Assembly (NCBI GenBank): GCA_044425805.1
Contig: JAWXVC010000011.1
Span: 7,768-71,767, forward strand
Source: Lachnospiraceae bacterium
Lineage (GTDB): Bacteria; Bacillota; Clostridia; Lachnospirales; Lachnospiraceae
Direction of reading: 5' to 3'
Length of the DNA: 64,000 bases
Of this stretch, positions 17,406 through 26,715 are shown one piece after another. The translations under genes and the position numbers were made by a program. Position 1 is the stretch's first letter; every line of letters starts with the position of its first letter. The notes beneath the pieces were generated by a model. It ran no database searches and was not told where the DNA came from. It saw only the letters and a program-made list of their open reading frames with translations.

Positions 17406-18530
17406 ATGCCAAAATCGATCATAAGTTTTTTGAAAAAATACGGTGATATTTCCTTTGGAGAAAAGCCGTTTGGTGCAGTTGATGCACTTATCTTATCACA
17501 GTTTTCTTATTTGAAGATGAAGACGATTGTAGGTGATTTGAAACTTTGTAGTAGAAGTGTTACGTTAGAAGAATTTGCTTTTGAACTTGAAGATACTGTA
17601 GTGTTTGCAGATACTAGATTTGCAAAAAACAACAGGTGTCTTTTGCAAGAAATGGCAGAGGGTAAACGTTATAAAACAATGAGACTTTGCTGTCATGTTG
17701 ATTGGGTGGATAGCGACAAGCAAATGCAATTTTCTGCAATAACATGCATTTTATCAACGGGCAGTGTAAAGGTTGTTTTTAGAGGGACGGATGAGACTTT
17801 GGTAGGATGGAGAGAGGATTTTAATATGTCATTTCTTTATCCTGTACCAGGACAGTATTTTAGTGCGTTATATTTAACGGCAATCGCTCAGAGAGTATCT
17901 TCGACTTTTGATATTATTGGACATTCTAAAGGTGGAAATCTTGCAGTATATGCTGCAATGCATGTAGAGGATACCTTGCAAGAGCGTATCACACATATTT
18001 ATAATATGGATGGACCGGGTTTTCGGCCAGAAGTGTATGAGATGTTTGGCTATGAGAAGATATCTAGTAAAATCATTAAACTTATACCTAAATCGTCATT
18101 TTTTGGAATGATTCTTGAAAATCACCATGATTATAAAGTGGTTGATAGCAGATCAATTGGAATCTTACAGCATGATCCGTATAACTGGATTGTGGAGGAT
18201 GATGATTTCACTTATTCAGAAAAACTTCATGAAGGAAGACGACTTACCAATGAAATTTTAAATTTAAAGCTTTTATCTATGGAGGAGGCAGAACTTAAAC
18301 TTTTTACGGAGGCTCTTTTTCATATATTAGAAGCAACAGAAGCGACAACGCTTTTAGAATTTACGCAAGATATTCCTAGATGCATGAAAGGAATAGCAAA
18401 AGGGCTACATTCACTTCAACCAGAAATGAAAAACACCATACTAAGCTTCATGCTCGATTTTATACGAGGTACGAGAGATAGCATGGTGATTAATGTACTA
18501 GATAGATTGCTAGAACAGACTAAACAATAA
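17406..18530 (+). CDS. DUF2974 (Mbeg1-like) alpha/beta-hydrolase-fold protein
   Basis: N-terminus FGEKPFGAVDALILSQFSYLKM and GHSKGG nucleophile-elbow motif. Confidence 0.55.
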   Translation: MPKSIISFLKKYGDISFGEKPFGAVDALILSQFSYLKMKTIVGDLKLCSRSVTLEEFAFELEDTVVFADTRFAKNNRCLLQEMAEGKRYKTMRLCCHVDWVDSDKQMQFSAITCILSTGSVKVVFRGTDETLVGWREDFNMSFLYPVPGQYFSALYLTAIAQRVSSTFDIIGHSKGGNLAVYAAMHVEDTLQERITHIYNMDGPGFRPEVYEMFGYEKISSKIIKLIPKSSFFGMILENHHDYKVVDSRSIGILQHDPYNWIVEDDDFTYSEKLHEGRRLTNEILNLKLLSMEEAELKLFTEALFHILEATEATTLLEFTQDIPRCMKGIAKGLHSLQPEMKNTILSFMLDFIRGTRDSMVINVLDRLLEQTKQ

Positions 18531-19179
18531 ACTGTTCATAATAAGTTTTGAGAAGAAGGTTTGCCGCAAGGGGACCTTCTTTTGTTATAACGAAAGGTAA
18601 GCGTTCGGGATGCCACTGCACTGCAAAAATAGGGAGTGTAGTATGCCTGATAGCTTCGACTATATCATCAGGTGCTATTTGAACGATTTCTAAATGGTCG
18701 CCAAGTCTGTCAATTGCTTGGTGATGATTGGAGTTTATAGTAGCAGTTGTACCGTATAAATCCGATAAGATGCAAGGTATGATAACAGTGCTTTGGTGTA
18801 TTGTATCTCCATCTTGTATTTGGTGCGTATTCGCTTGTGGTATATCCTGGAAAAGAGTTCCACCAAAAAAGATGTTAATCATCTGTAATCCTTTGCAAAT
18901 GCCGAATACGGGCTTTTTATGAGTTACAAATATAGAAAGCGCTTCATATTGAATAGCATCAAGTGCTTCATCTATAGATCCACAAGCGGTGTTTTCTTGC
19001 CCATACATGGATGGAAGAATATCACCACCTCCAGGTAATAAAAGTGCATCACAAGATTGTAGTATAGTAAGATCTAAACTTGCGATTGGGAGAAAACCAG
19101 CAGCTTTACAAGCATTTTCATAGTTTGGACAATTACCAGGTTTGGCAGCAATAGCTATGGTGATAGGATTTGTATGCAT
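18520..19179 (-). CDS. Class I glutamine amidotransferase / gamma-glutamyl hydrolase (peptidase C26, PuuD-like)
   Basis: GICKGLQ nucleophile motif and WHPE His-Glu motif. The 3' end overlaps the convergent gene by 11 nt. Confidence 0.75.
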   Translation of the reverse strand: MHTNPITIAIAAKPGNCPNYENACKAAGFLPIASLDLTILQSCDALLLPGGGDILPSMYGQENTACGSIDEALDAIQYEALSIFVTHKKPVFGICKGLQMINIFFGGTLFQDIPQANTHQIQDGDTIHQSTVIIPCILSDLYGTTATINSNHHQAIDRLGDHLEIVQIAPDDIVEAIRHTTLPIFAVQWHPERLPFVITKEGPLAANLLLKTYYEQFIV

Positions 19180-19204
19180 AATAATATCTAGCCCTTTCTC
19201 CGTT

Positions 19205-19906
19205 CTAATTTACAAAATAATCTTCTTTTTCTTTTAGAATTTTTTGGAATGTACTTACACCGTTGTATATATGATCTTTATAGACTTGCTTTAAATCAGT
19301 GAAATTACCTTGCTCTAATGCTTTTAAAATAATTTCGTGATGTGCATATAATTCTAATAACATATCTTCAGAATTAAATTCAGCTGAAACTGCACGAAAA
19401 CGTTGATAATCAGGCATCATATTCATAAGCATATCCCAAGTTGAAGTTTTATTAGCAATATGGAAAATTGTTTTATGAAATTCATTGTCTAGTTCAAAAA
19501 ATGCTAAGGAACGAGTGATCAGACTATTGGATTGGTCTATAATAACCTTACGCTGCTTCACTAAAATAAGTGATAAGTTTGCAATAGATTCCACCGGTAT
19601 ATTTGAAATAACATCTTCAAGAAGCCCAAGCTCGAGTTTTTCTCGGATATACATAAATTGTGAAATTGCCTTAAAGTCAATGGGCGTAATAATAGTACCT
19701 TTATTCTTGATAGCTTTGATAAGATTATCGTATTCGAGCCGTTTAAATACTTCACGGATAGGAGTTCTTGATACATGGAATCGTTTGGAAATATCAATTT
19801 CACTGATGTATTGCCCTGGAGTGAGTTTTAGAGAAACAATTTCGTTCTTTAAAATATGATATATTTCTAGATTTGTAAAGCTTTCTTGCGTTTCGATAGT
19901 ATTCAT
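19205..19906 (-). CDS. GntR-family transcriptional regulator (FCD-type C-terminal domain)
   Basis: N-terminal winged HTH (ISEIDISKRFHVSRTPIREVFKRLE) and a helical C-terminal domain. Forms an operon with the amidotransferase. Divergent from GH2. Confidence 0.8.
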   Translation of the reverse strand: MNTIETQESFTNLEIYHILKNEIVSLKLTPGQYISEIDISKRFHVSRTPIREVFKRLEYDNLIKAIKNKGTIITPIDFKAISQFMYIREKLELGLLEDVISNIPVESIANLSLILVKQRKVIIDQSNSLITRSLAFFELDNEFHKTIFHIANKTSTWDMLMNMMPDYQRFRAVSAEFNSEDMLLELYAHHEIILKALEQGNFTDLKQVYKDHIYNGVSTFQKILKEKEDYFVN

Positions 19907-19986
19907 AAGCGTAGTTTTCTCCCGTAAATTCTTTTTTTAATTATACAGCGTTACTGTTTTGTTGTCTATGAAAAGGAAAGTAATGA

Positions 19987-20015
19987 TTGACTAAGTTACA
20001 AAACGGTATTATATT
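19987..20015 (+). promoter_or_regulatory. Putative sigma-A promoter of the GH2 gene
   Basis: TTGACT - 17 nt - TATATT. Confidence 0.4.
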
Positions 20016-20055
20016 TTATTGTATAGAATACGAAAAAAGTATACTAAAATAATAC

Positions 20056-20150
20056 AAGGGAAGGTAATGTGAAAAACTAGGTTTTTCACAGGCAAATTTG
20101 TGTCATCGACCCAAAGTTTGCAGGCTGAGAAGAAAAGGAAGGTATAGGAG
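20056..20150 (+). promoter_or_regulatory. Conserved two-hairpin leader, copy 1
   Basis: Hairpin GTGAAAAAC-TAG-GTTTTTCAC (20069-20089) and palindrome GCAAATTTGTGTC-ATC-GACCCAAAGTTTGC (20092-20121). Near-identical block at 61215-61313. Confidence 0.6.
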
Positions 20151-22616
20151 ATGTTAGATTTAAACAAGGGGTGGAAATTTGCATTAGAGGGTGAAATACA
20201 TGGTAAATTTAGTTTTTCAGAAATGTTATCAGCACATTTAATAGATTTAGATGAATCTAAATTTGATACCGTTGATGTACCACATGATTACAGTATTGAA
20301 CAACCATACAATGGAGAAATTGGAGAGGGATGTACTGGTTACACGCTTGGTGGACTTGCTTGGTACCGTAAGTCGTTTGAGATGACAGAAGAAATGAAGG
20401 ACAAGAAAGTATTTATTTGTTTTGATGGTATTTATAACCGTTCTAATATTTATTTTAACGAAGAACTCATGGCCTTTCATCCATTTGGATATTCACCATG
20501 TATGATTGATGTTACACAAGGGCTTAGAGAAGGTAAAAACGTCATTGCTGTGCATGTAGATCATACAAGATATGCAGATAGCAGATGGTATACAGGATCT
20601 GGAATTTACAGAAAGGTAGAAATGTATATACTTCCTAAGACATATATTCCAGTATGGGGTACTCGTATTACAACCGATATGGACTCTCGTGAGGAAGCAA
20701 TCGTTACAATTAAACATGCATTTGAGAATGAATGTGATGCTTGTGATGTAACAGTAAAAACGTTGATCACAGATCCTAATGGAGCAGCAGTGTGTGAGCT
20801 AGTTAACACTGTAAGTGTTGATACACAAGCTGTTGTTGAGCAACAAGTAACAATCGAAAATCCTATTCTTTGGGGAATCTTTCAAGGAAACCAATATAGC
20901 GCAGTAACAACTATTATAAAAGATGGCGAAGTTATTCAAACTAAAGAGACTAAATTTGGTATTCGTTATTTCAAATTTGATGTAAATGAAGGCTTCTTTT
21001 TAAATGGTAAAAATGAACTTATAAAGGGTGTGTGTTTGCATCATGATGCTGGTCTTGTGGGTGCAGCAGTACCACAGGATGTATGGCGTAGAAGATTAGA
21101 AGTGCTTGCATCAGCAGGCTGTAATGCGATTCGTACGGCACATAATCCAGTATCGCGTGATTTTATTACACTCTGTGATGAAATGGGTATGTTGGTACAG
21201 GAAGAATTTTATGATGAATGGGATAACCCAAAGGATAAGAGAAACAACATGGCTGATAGCCAAGTAGATTATATTACACGTGGGCATGATGCTTTCTTCC
21301 AAGAATATGCAAAGAGTGATTTACAAGCTATTGTAGAAAGAGATTATAATTCACCTTCTATTATTCAATGGAGTATTGGTAACGAAATAGAATGGACATA
21401 TCCAAAAATTAAATTTGCAACAGGATACTTTAGCGCAGATGCAAATGGTAATTACTTCTTTAGTGAACCACCTTGCACAACAGAAGAAATTCGTGCTAAT
21501 ATGAAAAATCTTCCAAAAGAGAAGCACGAAATCGGCGATACTGCGATGAAGCTTGCTACTTGGACTAAGGAAATTGATACAACAAGACCTGTTATTGCAA
21601 ACTGTATTTTGCCAAGTGCTAGCTATGAAGCAGGGTATACAGATGCACTTGATATGGTAGGTTTTAGCTATCGTCAAGTTATGTATGAAAGATGTCATAG
21701 AGACTATCCAGATAAACCGATTATGGGTACAGAAAATGTAGCACAATGGCAAGAATGGAAGCATGTTGTGGAAAAACCGTATATCTCAGGAATTTTCTTG
21801 TGGACAGGTATTGATTACATGGGAGAGTGTGGTAAAAAAGATGTATGGCCAGTAAAAGCAAATAGAGCTGGTATTATTGATGTGGCTGCCTTTGAAAAGC
21901 CTTCTTATCATATGATGAGATCCCTTTGGACAGATGCACCATGTATTCATATTGTGACACAAACTTTTGAAAACTCTTTATATAATTTAGTGGATGGTGA
22001 ATTGGTTGAAAAACCAACGTCTACTTGGAAGAGAAGACTTTGGAGATGGCATGATGTGAATCCTCACTTCAATTATACTGAGGGTGATCAGGTTGTAGTA
22101 GAAATGTACTCGAACTGTGATAGCATCACATTATTCCATAATGATGTGGAGATATCTACACAACAGCTAGCAGATCATGAAGATAGAATCTACAAATGGA
22201 TCATCCCATATACAAGTGGAAAGTTAGTTGCAGTTGGTAAAAAAGGTGATGAAACGATAGAATCAGTACTTGCTTCTTCAAAAGCACCAGTGAGTGTTGT
22301 ACTTACTTGTGATAGAGAAGAAATTAAAATCGGTTATGATTACGTAGCACATATTGTTGCTGATCTTTATGATGAAGATGGTCATGCAGTAAAGGATCAA
22401 GATGTAGAGATTACATACCATATAGATGAAGCTGCTAAAATCTATGGCTTTGATAGTGGAGCTACAGGATTTGTAGGAGATCATAAGTGTCCAACGATAC
22501 TTACAAATGCTGGAAGGGCACTTGCTATTATCGGCGGGGTAGAGCCAGGGGTATTAAAGGTGACTGCTTCTGTTGACGGAAATATATCAAATGAAATTAA
22601 AATAGTAGTAAAATAG
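20151..22616 (+). CDS. Glycoside hydrolase family 2 (beta-galactosidase/beta-glucuronidase-like)
   Basis: 821 aa. LNKGWKF N-terminus, sugar-binding/Ig/TIM order, WSIGNE acid-base motif. Confidence 0.85.
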   Translation: MLDLNKGWKFALEGEIHGKFSFSEMLSAHLIDLDESKFDTVDVPHDYSIEQPYNGEIGEGCTGYTLGGLAWYRKSFEMTEEMKDKKVFICFDGIYNRSNIYFNEELMAFHPFGYSPCMIDVTQGLREGKNVIAVHVDHTRYADSRWYTGSGIYRKVEMYILPKTYIPVWGTRITTDMDSREEAIVTIKHAFENECDACDVTVKTLITDPNGAAVCELVNTVSVDTQAVVEQQVTIENPILWGIFQGNQYSAVTTIIKDGEVIQTKETKFGIRYFKFDVNEGFFLNGKNELIKGVCLHHDAGLVGAAVPQDVWRRRLEVLASAGCNAIRTAHNPVSRDFITLCDEMGMLVQEEFYDEWDNPKDKRNNMADSQVDYITRGHDAFFQEYAKSDLQAIVERDYNSPSIIQWSIGNEIEWTYPKIKFATGYFSADANGNYFFSEPPCTTEEIRANMKNLPKEKHEIGDTAMKLATWTKEIDTTRPVIANCILPSASYEAGYTDALDMVGFSYRQVMYERCHRDYPDKPIMGTENVAQWQEWKHVVEKPYISGIFLWTGIDYMGECGKKDVWPVKANRAGIIDVAAFEKPSYHMMRSLWTDAPCIHIVTQTFENSLYNLVDGELVEKPTSTWKRRLWRWHDVNPHFNYTEGDQVVVEMYSNCDSITLFHNDVEISTQQLADHEDRIYKWIIPYTSGKLVAVGKKGDETIESVLASSKAPVSVVLTCDREEIKIGYDYVAHIVADLYDEDGHAVKDQDVEITYHIDEAAKIYGFDSGATGFVGDHKCPTILTNAGRALAIIGGVEPGVLKVTASVDGNISNEIKIVVK

Positions 22617-22628
22617 TATAAAAGAAAT

Positions 22629-22679
22629 AAAAGACTGTATCAATTCTTGATAAAAGATTATATGCAGTCTTTTGTTTTG
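22629..22679 (+). terminator. Putative terminator
   Basis: AAAAGACTG ... CAGTCTTTT followed by GTTTTG. The long loop contains a small inner hairpin. Confidence 0.5.
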
Positions 22680-22998
22680 CACAAAATAGCACAAATTTTT
22701 ATTCGGATATAGTAAAAGTTGTTAAAATATAGACATAAATCTTCCATACTGTACACTGTTGAAGTGAAATATACAACATAATGCGTATTATTTTTTTATT
22801 TTGATAGTATAAAAATCTATTTATTGATATAAAAAGTACATAAAAAGTACGAATAATTATATTGAAAAAGCAATGAAAGCCGAATAGTTATATACAAGGT
22901 GAGATGAACAATGTATTATATGTATATCAGATGTATACAACGCGTGATAGAGATAAGTGATGCACCTGCAACAAATATGAATCAGGGAGGTAGTTTGT

Positions 22999-23976
22999 GT
23001 GAAAAGACCACAAAAAAATGAAAAAGCCGTAAAGGAAAAGGTGGTAACCCAGAGAAGTTTACCACAACAGATTAAGTATGTGCTTATACGAAATTGGCAG
23101 TTATACTTGATGCTAGCAATACCAGTTGCTTATATTTTTGTATTTAACTATATACCAATGTATGGTGCTCAGATTGCTTTTAGAGAGTACAAGGTTAGTC
23201 AAGGTATTTGGGGAAGTGAGTGGGTAGGATTAGAGCATTTTATTAGATTTTTAAATTCTACAAGTTTTAAAACGCTCATGGTGAATACACTTGGTATTAG
23301 CGTTTATGCTATTATTGTTGGTATGCCATTTCCTATTTTATTAGCTATCATGCTAAAATATATCCCATGGCCTAGATACAGCAAACTTGTTCAAACTGTT
23401 ACATATGCACCTCACTTTATCTCGGTTGTAGTTATGTCAGGTATCATCATTGATGTATTAAATCCAAGAAGTGGTATGATACATAATTTACTTGCACTCA
23501 TTGGTATCGATTTTAGTATAAATTTACTCGGTATCGAAGCTGCATTCTCTTCTGTATTTGTTTGGTCTGGTGTTTGGCAGGCGATGGGTTTTTCGGCTAT
23601 TATTTATACTGCTATTTTAGCTGGTGTTGATGTTAGCCTACATGAAGCAGCAATGGTTGATGGTGCTACTATTTTACAACGTATTCGTTTTATTGATTTT
23701 CCGAGTTTGGTTCCACAGATTACACTTTCTTTGATCTTAAGTGTTGGTAATGTGTTGAATGTAGGTTTTGAGAAAGCATTACTTCTACAAAACGATTTGA
23801 ATACAGGTACTTCAGAAATTATTGATACATATGTTTATAAGATGGGTATTGCATCATCATTCCCAGATGTATCTTATACAACTGCAATTGGTTTGACAAA
23901 GTCGATTATTGCTTTTATTTTAATAGTTATAGCAAATAAAGTGGCTAGAACATACGGGGAGATGAGTCTATGGTAG
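22999..23976 (+). CDS. Carbohydrate ABC transporter permease (LplB-like)
   Basis: 325 aa with 6 TM segments and an EAA-like loop (HEAAMVDGA). GGGAGG lies 8 nt upstream of the GTG start. Confidence 0.85.
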   Translation: MKRPQKNEKAVKEKVVTQRSLPQQIKYVLIRNWQLYLMLAIPVAYIFVFNYIPMYGAQIAFREYKVSQGIWGSEWVGLEHFIRFLNSTSFKTLMVNTLGISVYAIIVGMPFPILLAIMLKYIPWPRYSKLVQTVTYAPHFISVVVMSGIIIDVLNPRSGMIHNLLALIGIDFSINLLGIEAAFSSVFVWSGVWQAMGFSAIIYTAILAGVDVSLHEAAMVDGATILQRIRFIDFPSLVPQITLSLILSVGNVLNVGFEKALLLQNDLNTGTSEIIDTYVYKMGIASSFPDVSYTTAIGLTKSIIAFILIVIANKVARTYGEMSLW

Positions 23977-24878
23977 GAAATGTTAAAGATAAAAAATTCA
24001 ATGCAGATAAAGTGTTTAATGTAGTAAATGTTATTCTTGTTACCTTTACATTTTTAATTGTATTATATCCATTATATTATATTTTTATTTGTTCGTTTAG
24101 TTCAGGTGCTGCTATTTCAGCAAACTTAGTAAATTTTTATCCAGTAGGATTTACCTTTGATGGATACAAGGCTATTTGGGAATATGGATTGTTGACTACA
24201 GGGTTTATTAATACAGTGTTTTATACAGCATGTGGTACTTGTGTTAATCTTGTGATTACTGTACTTGCAGCTTATCCATTATCTAGAAAAGAACTTTTTG
24301 GTAGAAATCAAATTACAATGTACTTTGCTTTTACAATGTGGTTTGGTGGTGGTTTGATTCCTACATATTTGCTATATAAGGATTTAGGCCTTATTGATAC
24401 AAGAATGGTTATGATTGTTACAGGTGCTCTTTCAATTTGGAACATGGTTATTACTAGAACATACTTCCAAAAATCAATTCCAGAAGAGCTGTTAGAGTCA
24501 GCGCAGTTAGATGGTTGCTCGGATTTTATTTATTTGATTAAAATCGTTCTTCCACTAGCAAAACCAATTCTAGCAGTTATCACACTTTATTATGCAGTAG
24601 GTCACTGGAATAATTATTTCAATGCTATGATTTATCTTAATACGCCTTCACTATACTCACTTCAGTTGATTTTAAGAGATATCTTAGTTATCGGTCAAGC
24701 GTCACTAATTGCTTCGAATGGTTCGATGTCAGCAGCAGATATTTTGTATAGAGAAAATTTATCACAAATGCTTAAATATTCAGTTATTGTTGTAAGTGCG
24801 ATTCCAATGTTAGCAATGTACCCATTTGTTCAAAAACATTTTGTAAAAGGTATTATGGTTGGTGCGTTAAAAGGATAA
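23970..24878 (+). CDS. Carbohydrate ABC transporter permease (LplC-like)
   Basis: 302 aa with ESAQLDGCS EAA loop. The start overlaps the upstream stop. Confidence 0.85.
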   Translation: MVGNVKDKKFNADKVFNVVNVILVTFTFLIVLYPLYYIFICSFSSGAAISANLVNFYPVGFTFDGYKAIWEYGLLTTGFINTVFYTACGTCVNLVITVLAAYPLSRKELFGRNQITMYFAFTMWFGGGLIPTYLLYKDLGLIDTRMVMIVTGALSIWNMVITRTYFQKSIPEELLESAQLDGCSDFIYLIKIVLPLAKPILAVITLYYAVGHWNNYFNAMIYLNTPSLYSLQLILRDILVIGQASLIASNGSMSAADILYRENLSQMLKYSVIVVSAIPMLAMYPFVQKHFVKGIMVGALKG

Positions 24879-24935
24879 TTGTATTTGCGGTGAAGCCGTA
24901 AATATCTTTATAAAAAATTTTTTAAGGAGAAAAAT

Positions 24936-26621
24936 ATGAACAAGAAAATCAAATCAATTTTGGCGGTTTCGGTAGCTTCTACAATGCTTTTTAGTGCATG
25001 TGGTTCAGCTGACACATCGTCATCATCATCAGATTCAAGCTCATCAGCATCAGCTGATACAGCAGCTGATGACAACTCAATCTTCACAGAGAATGGTACT
25101 TATCCAATCGTAAAAGAGGGTGAAGAATACTCAATTACAGTATTCGCACCACTTAGATCTGGTGTATCTTCATATGAAGTAGAAGATAACGAATTCTCAG
25201 CATGGTTAGAAGAAAAAACAGGTATTACAATTGAATGGCAAACATGTGCTTCAGCTGATAGAGAGACAAAGCTTAACACATTAATGACAAGTGGAACATA
25301 CCCAGATGTAATCCTTGATCACTTCTGGAGCACATCAGCTCAGTTGTTATACGGAGAACAAGGTATTATCCTTCCATTGAATGATTTAATTGCAGAATAT
25401 GGTCCAAATATTCAAGCAGCTTTAGATGAAAATCCAGCTACAGCTAACTATGCAACATTAGAAGATGGTCAAATGTATTCTTTGATGTCAATTGGTACAG
25501 CTACACATATGTTAACACCTAACAAAATGTGGATTAATGAAACATGGCTTGATAACTTAGGTTTAGATATGCCTACTACAACAGATGAATTAGAAACAGT
25601 ATTAATCGCTTTCAGAGATCAAGATGCAAATGGAAACGGTGATGCTAGTGATGAAGTTCCTCTATCAGGTTCATTATATGGATGGAACACAGATACATTC
25701 AAAGCTCTTATGAACAGTTTCACATATTATGATGGAACAAACATGTATGTTGAAGACGGTACAGTTATCTACACAAAAACAACAGATGGCTGGAAAGAAG
25801 GTCTTAAATGGTTTGCAAGTCTTGCAGAACAAGGTTTAGTAGATCCATTATACTTCTCACAAAGCTCTGATGATTACAAATCTTTAGCTGATAACTCAAA
25901 CGGAACAATGGTTGGTCTTGGTGCAGGTGGTTCTGTATCTACTATGATTACAATCGGTGACTCTGATAGATGGTTAGAATACTCAGCTATGGCTCCACTA
26001 GAAGGACCAGAAGGCGTTCAAAATGCTATCTACTCTCCAAGCTATGGCTATGCTGTAGGTGCTATTACAGAAACATGTGAATATCCAGAAGCAGTTATTA
26101 GAATGTTTGATGTTATGTACACACTAGAAGGTTACATGGGTAATGCTAGAGGTATCTATGGTACTGACTACGTTGATGCAGAAGAAGGCGATCTTAACTT
26201 CATTGGTGAACCAGCTACATACTATGCTGTAACAGCTGATGGTGAAAGAGATGGACGTTACTGGAACCAATTAGGACCTTGGTACAGACCAGCAGATAAT
26301 GAATTATTATTCTCTACTTATGAAGGTGATATCGAAGGTGTCTTATACAATGCTACAGTTAATAGTTACTTAGATTACATCCCAGCATTAGAAGATATCG
26401 TTCCAACAAACCTAACATTTGATACAGATGAATCTCGTATTATCACAGATATCGTTACAACACTTAACACAGCAGTTGATGCTTACACAGCTCAATTTGC
26501 TATGGGTACAAAAGATGTTGAAGCTGAATGGGATACATACGTAGCAGAATTAGATGCACTTGGATTACAAGAATGGTTAGCAGTATACCAAGAAGCAGTT
26601 ACAGAAAACTTAGCTAAATAA
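24936..26621 (+). CDS. Extracellular sugar-binding lipoprotein (LplA-like, large family-1 SBP)
   Basis: Signal peptide with lipobox LFSAC and a Ser-rich linker. 561 aa. Confidence 0.85.
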   Translation: MNKKIKSILAVSVASTMLFSACGSADTSSSSSDSSSSASADTAADDNSIFTENGTYPIVKEGEEYSITVFAPLRSGVSSYEVEDNEFSAWLEEKTGITIEWQTCASADRETKLNTLMTSGTYPDVILDHFWSTSAQLLYGEQGIILPLNDLIAEYGPNIQAALDENPATANYATLEDGQMYSLMSIGTATHMLTPNKMWINETWLDNLGLDMPTTTDELETVLIAFRDQDANGNGDASDEVPLSGSLYGWNTDTFKALMNSFTYYDGTNMYVEDGTVIYTKTTDGWKEGLKWFASLAEQGLVDPLYFSQSSDDYKSLADNSNGTMVGLGAGGSVSTMITIGDSDRWLEYSAMAPLEGPEGVQNAIYSPSYGYAVGAITETCEYPEAVIRMFDVMYTLEGYMGNARGIYGTDYVDAEEGDLNFIGEPATYYAVTADGERDGRYWNQLGPWYRPADNELLFSTYEGDIEGVLYNATVNSYLDYIPALEDIVPTNLTFDTDESRIITDIVTTLNTAVDAYTAQFAMGTKDVEAEWDTYVAELDALGLQEWLAVYQEAVTENLAK

Positions 26622-26649
26622 TTTTTAGAAGTTTAGTTCTTATGAACTT

Positions 26650-26690
26650 ATCAAGCGCCATGTGGGTTCACATGGCGCTTGATTTATATT
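26650..26690 (+). terminator. Strong stem-loop, probable partial terminator
   Basis: 15-bp GC-rich stem ATCAAGCGCCATGTG / CACATGGCGCTTGAT followed by TTATATT. The U-tract is weak. Confidence 0.55.
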
Positions 26691-26715
26691 GGGGAGAGGT
26701 AGAAAGGGATATACT

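Noticed and set aside
22896-23010. Short upstream ORFs (about 18 and 37 codons) in the long AT-rich spacer before the ABC permease gene, as possible leader peptides.
   Set aside because: The RBS spacing is poor for the first ORF, and the second overlaps the permease start in another frame. There is no conservation evidence, and they are indistinguishable from chance ORFs.
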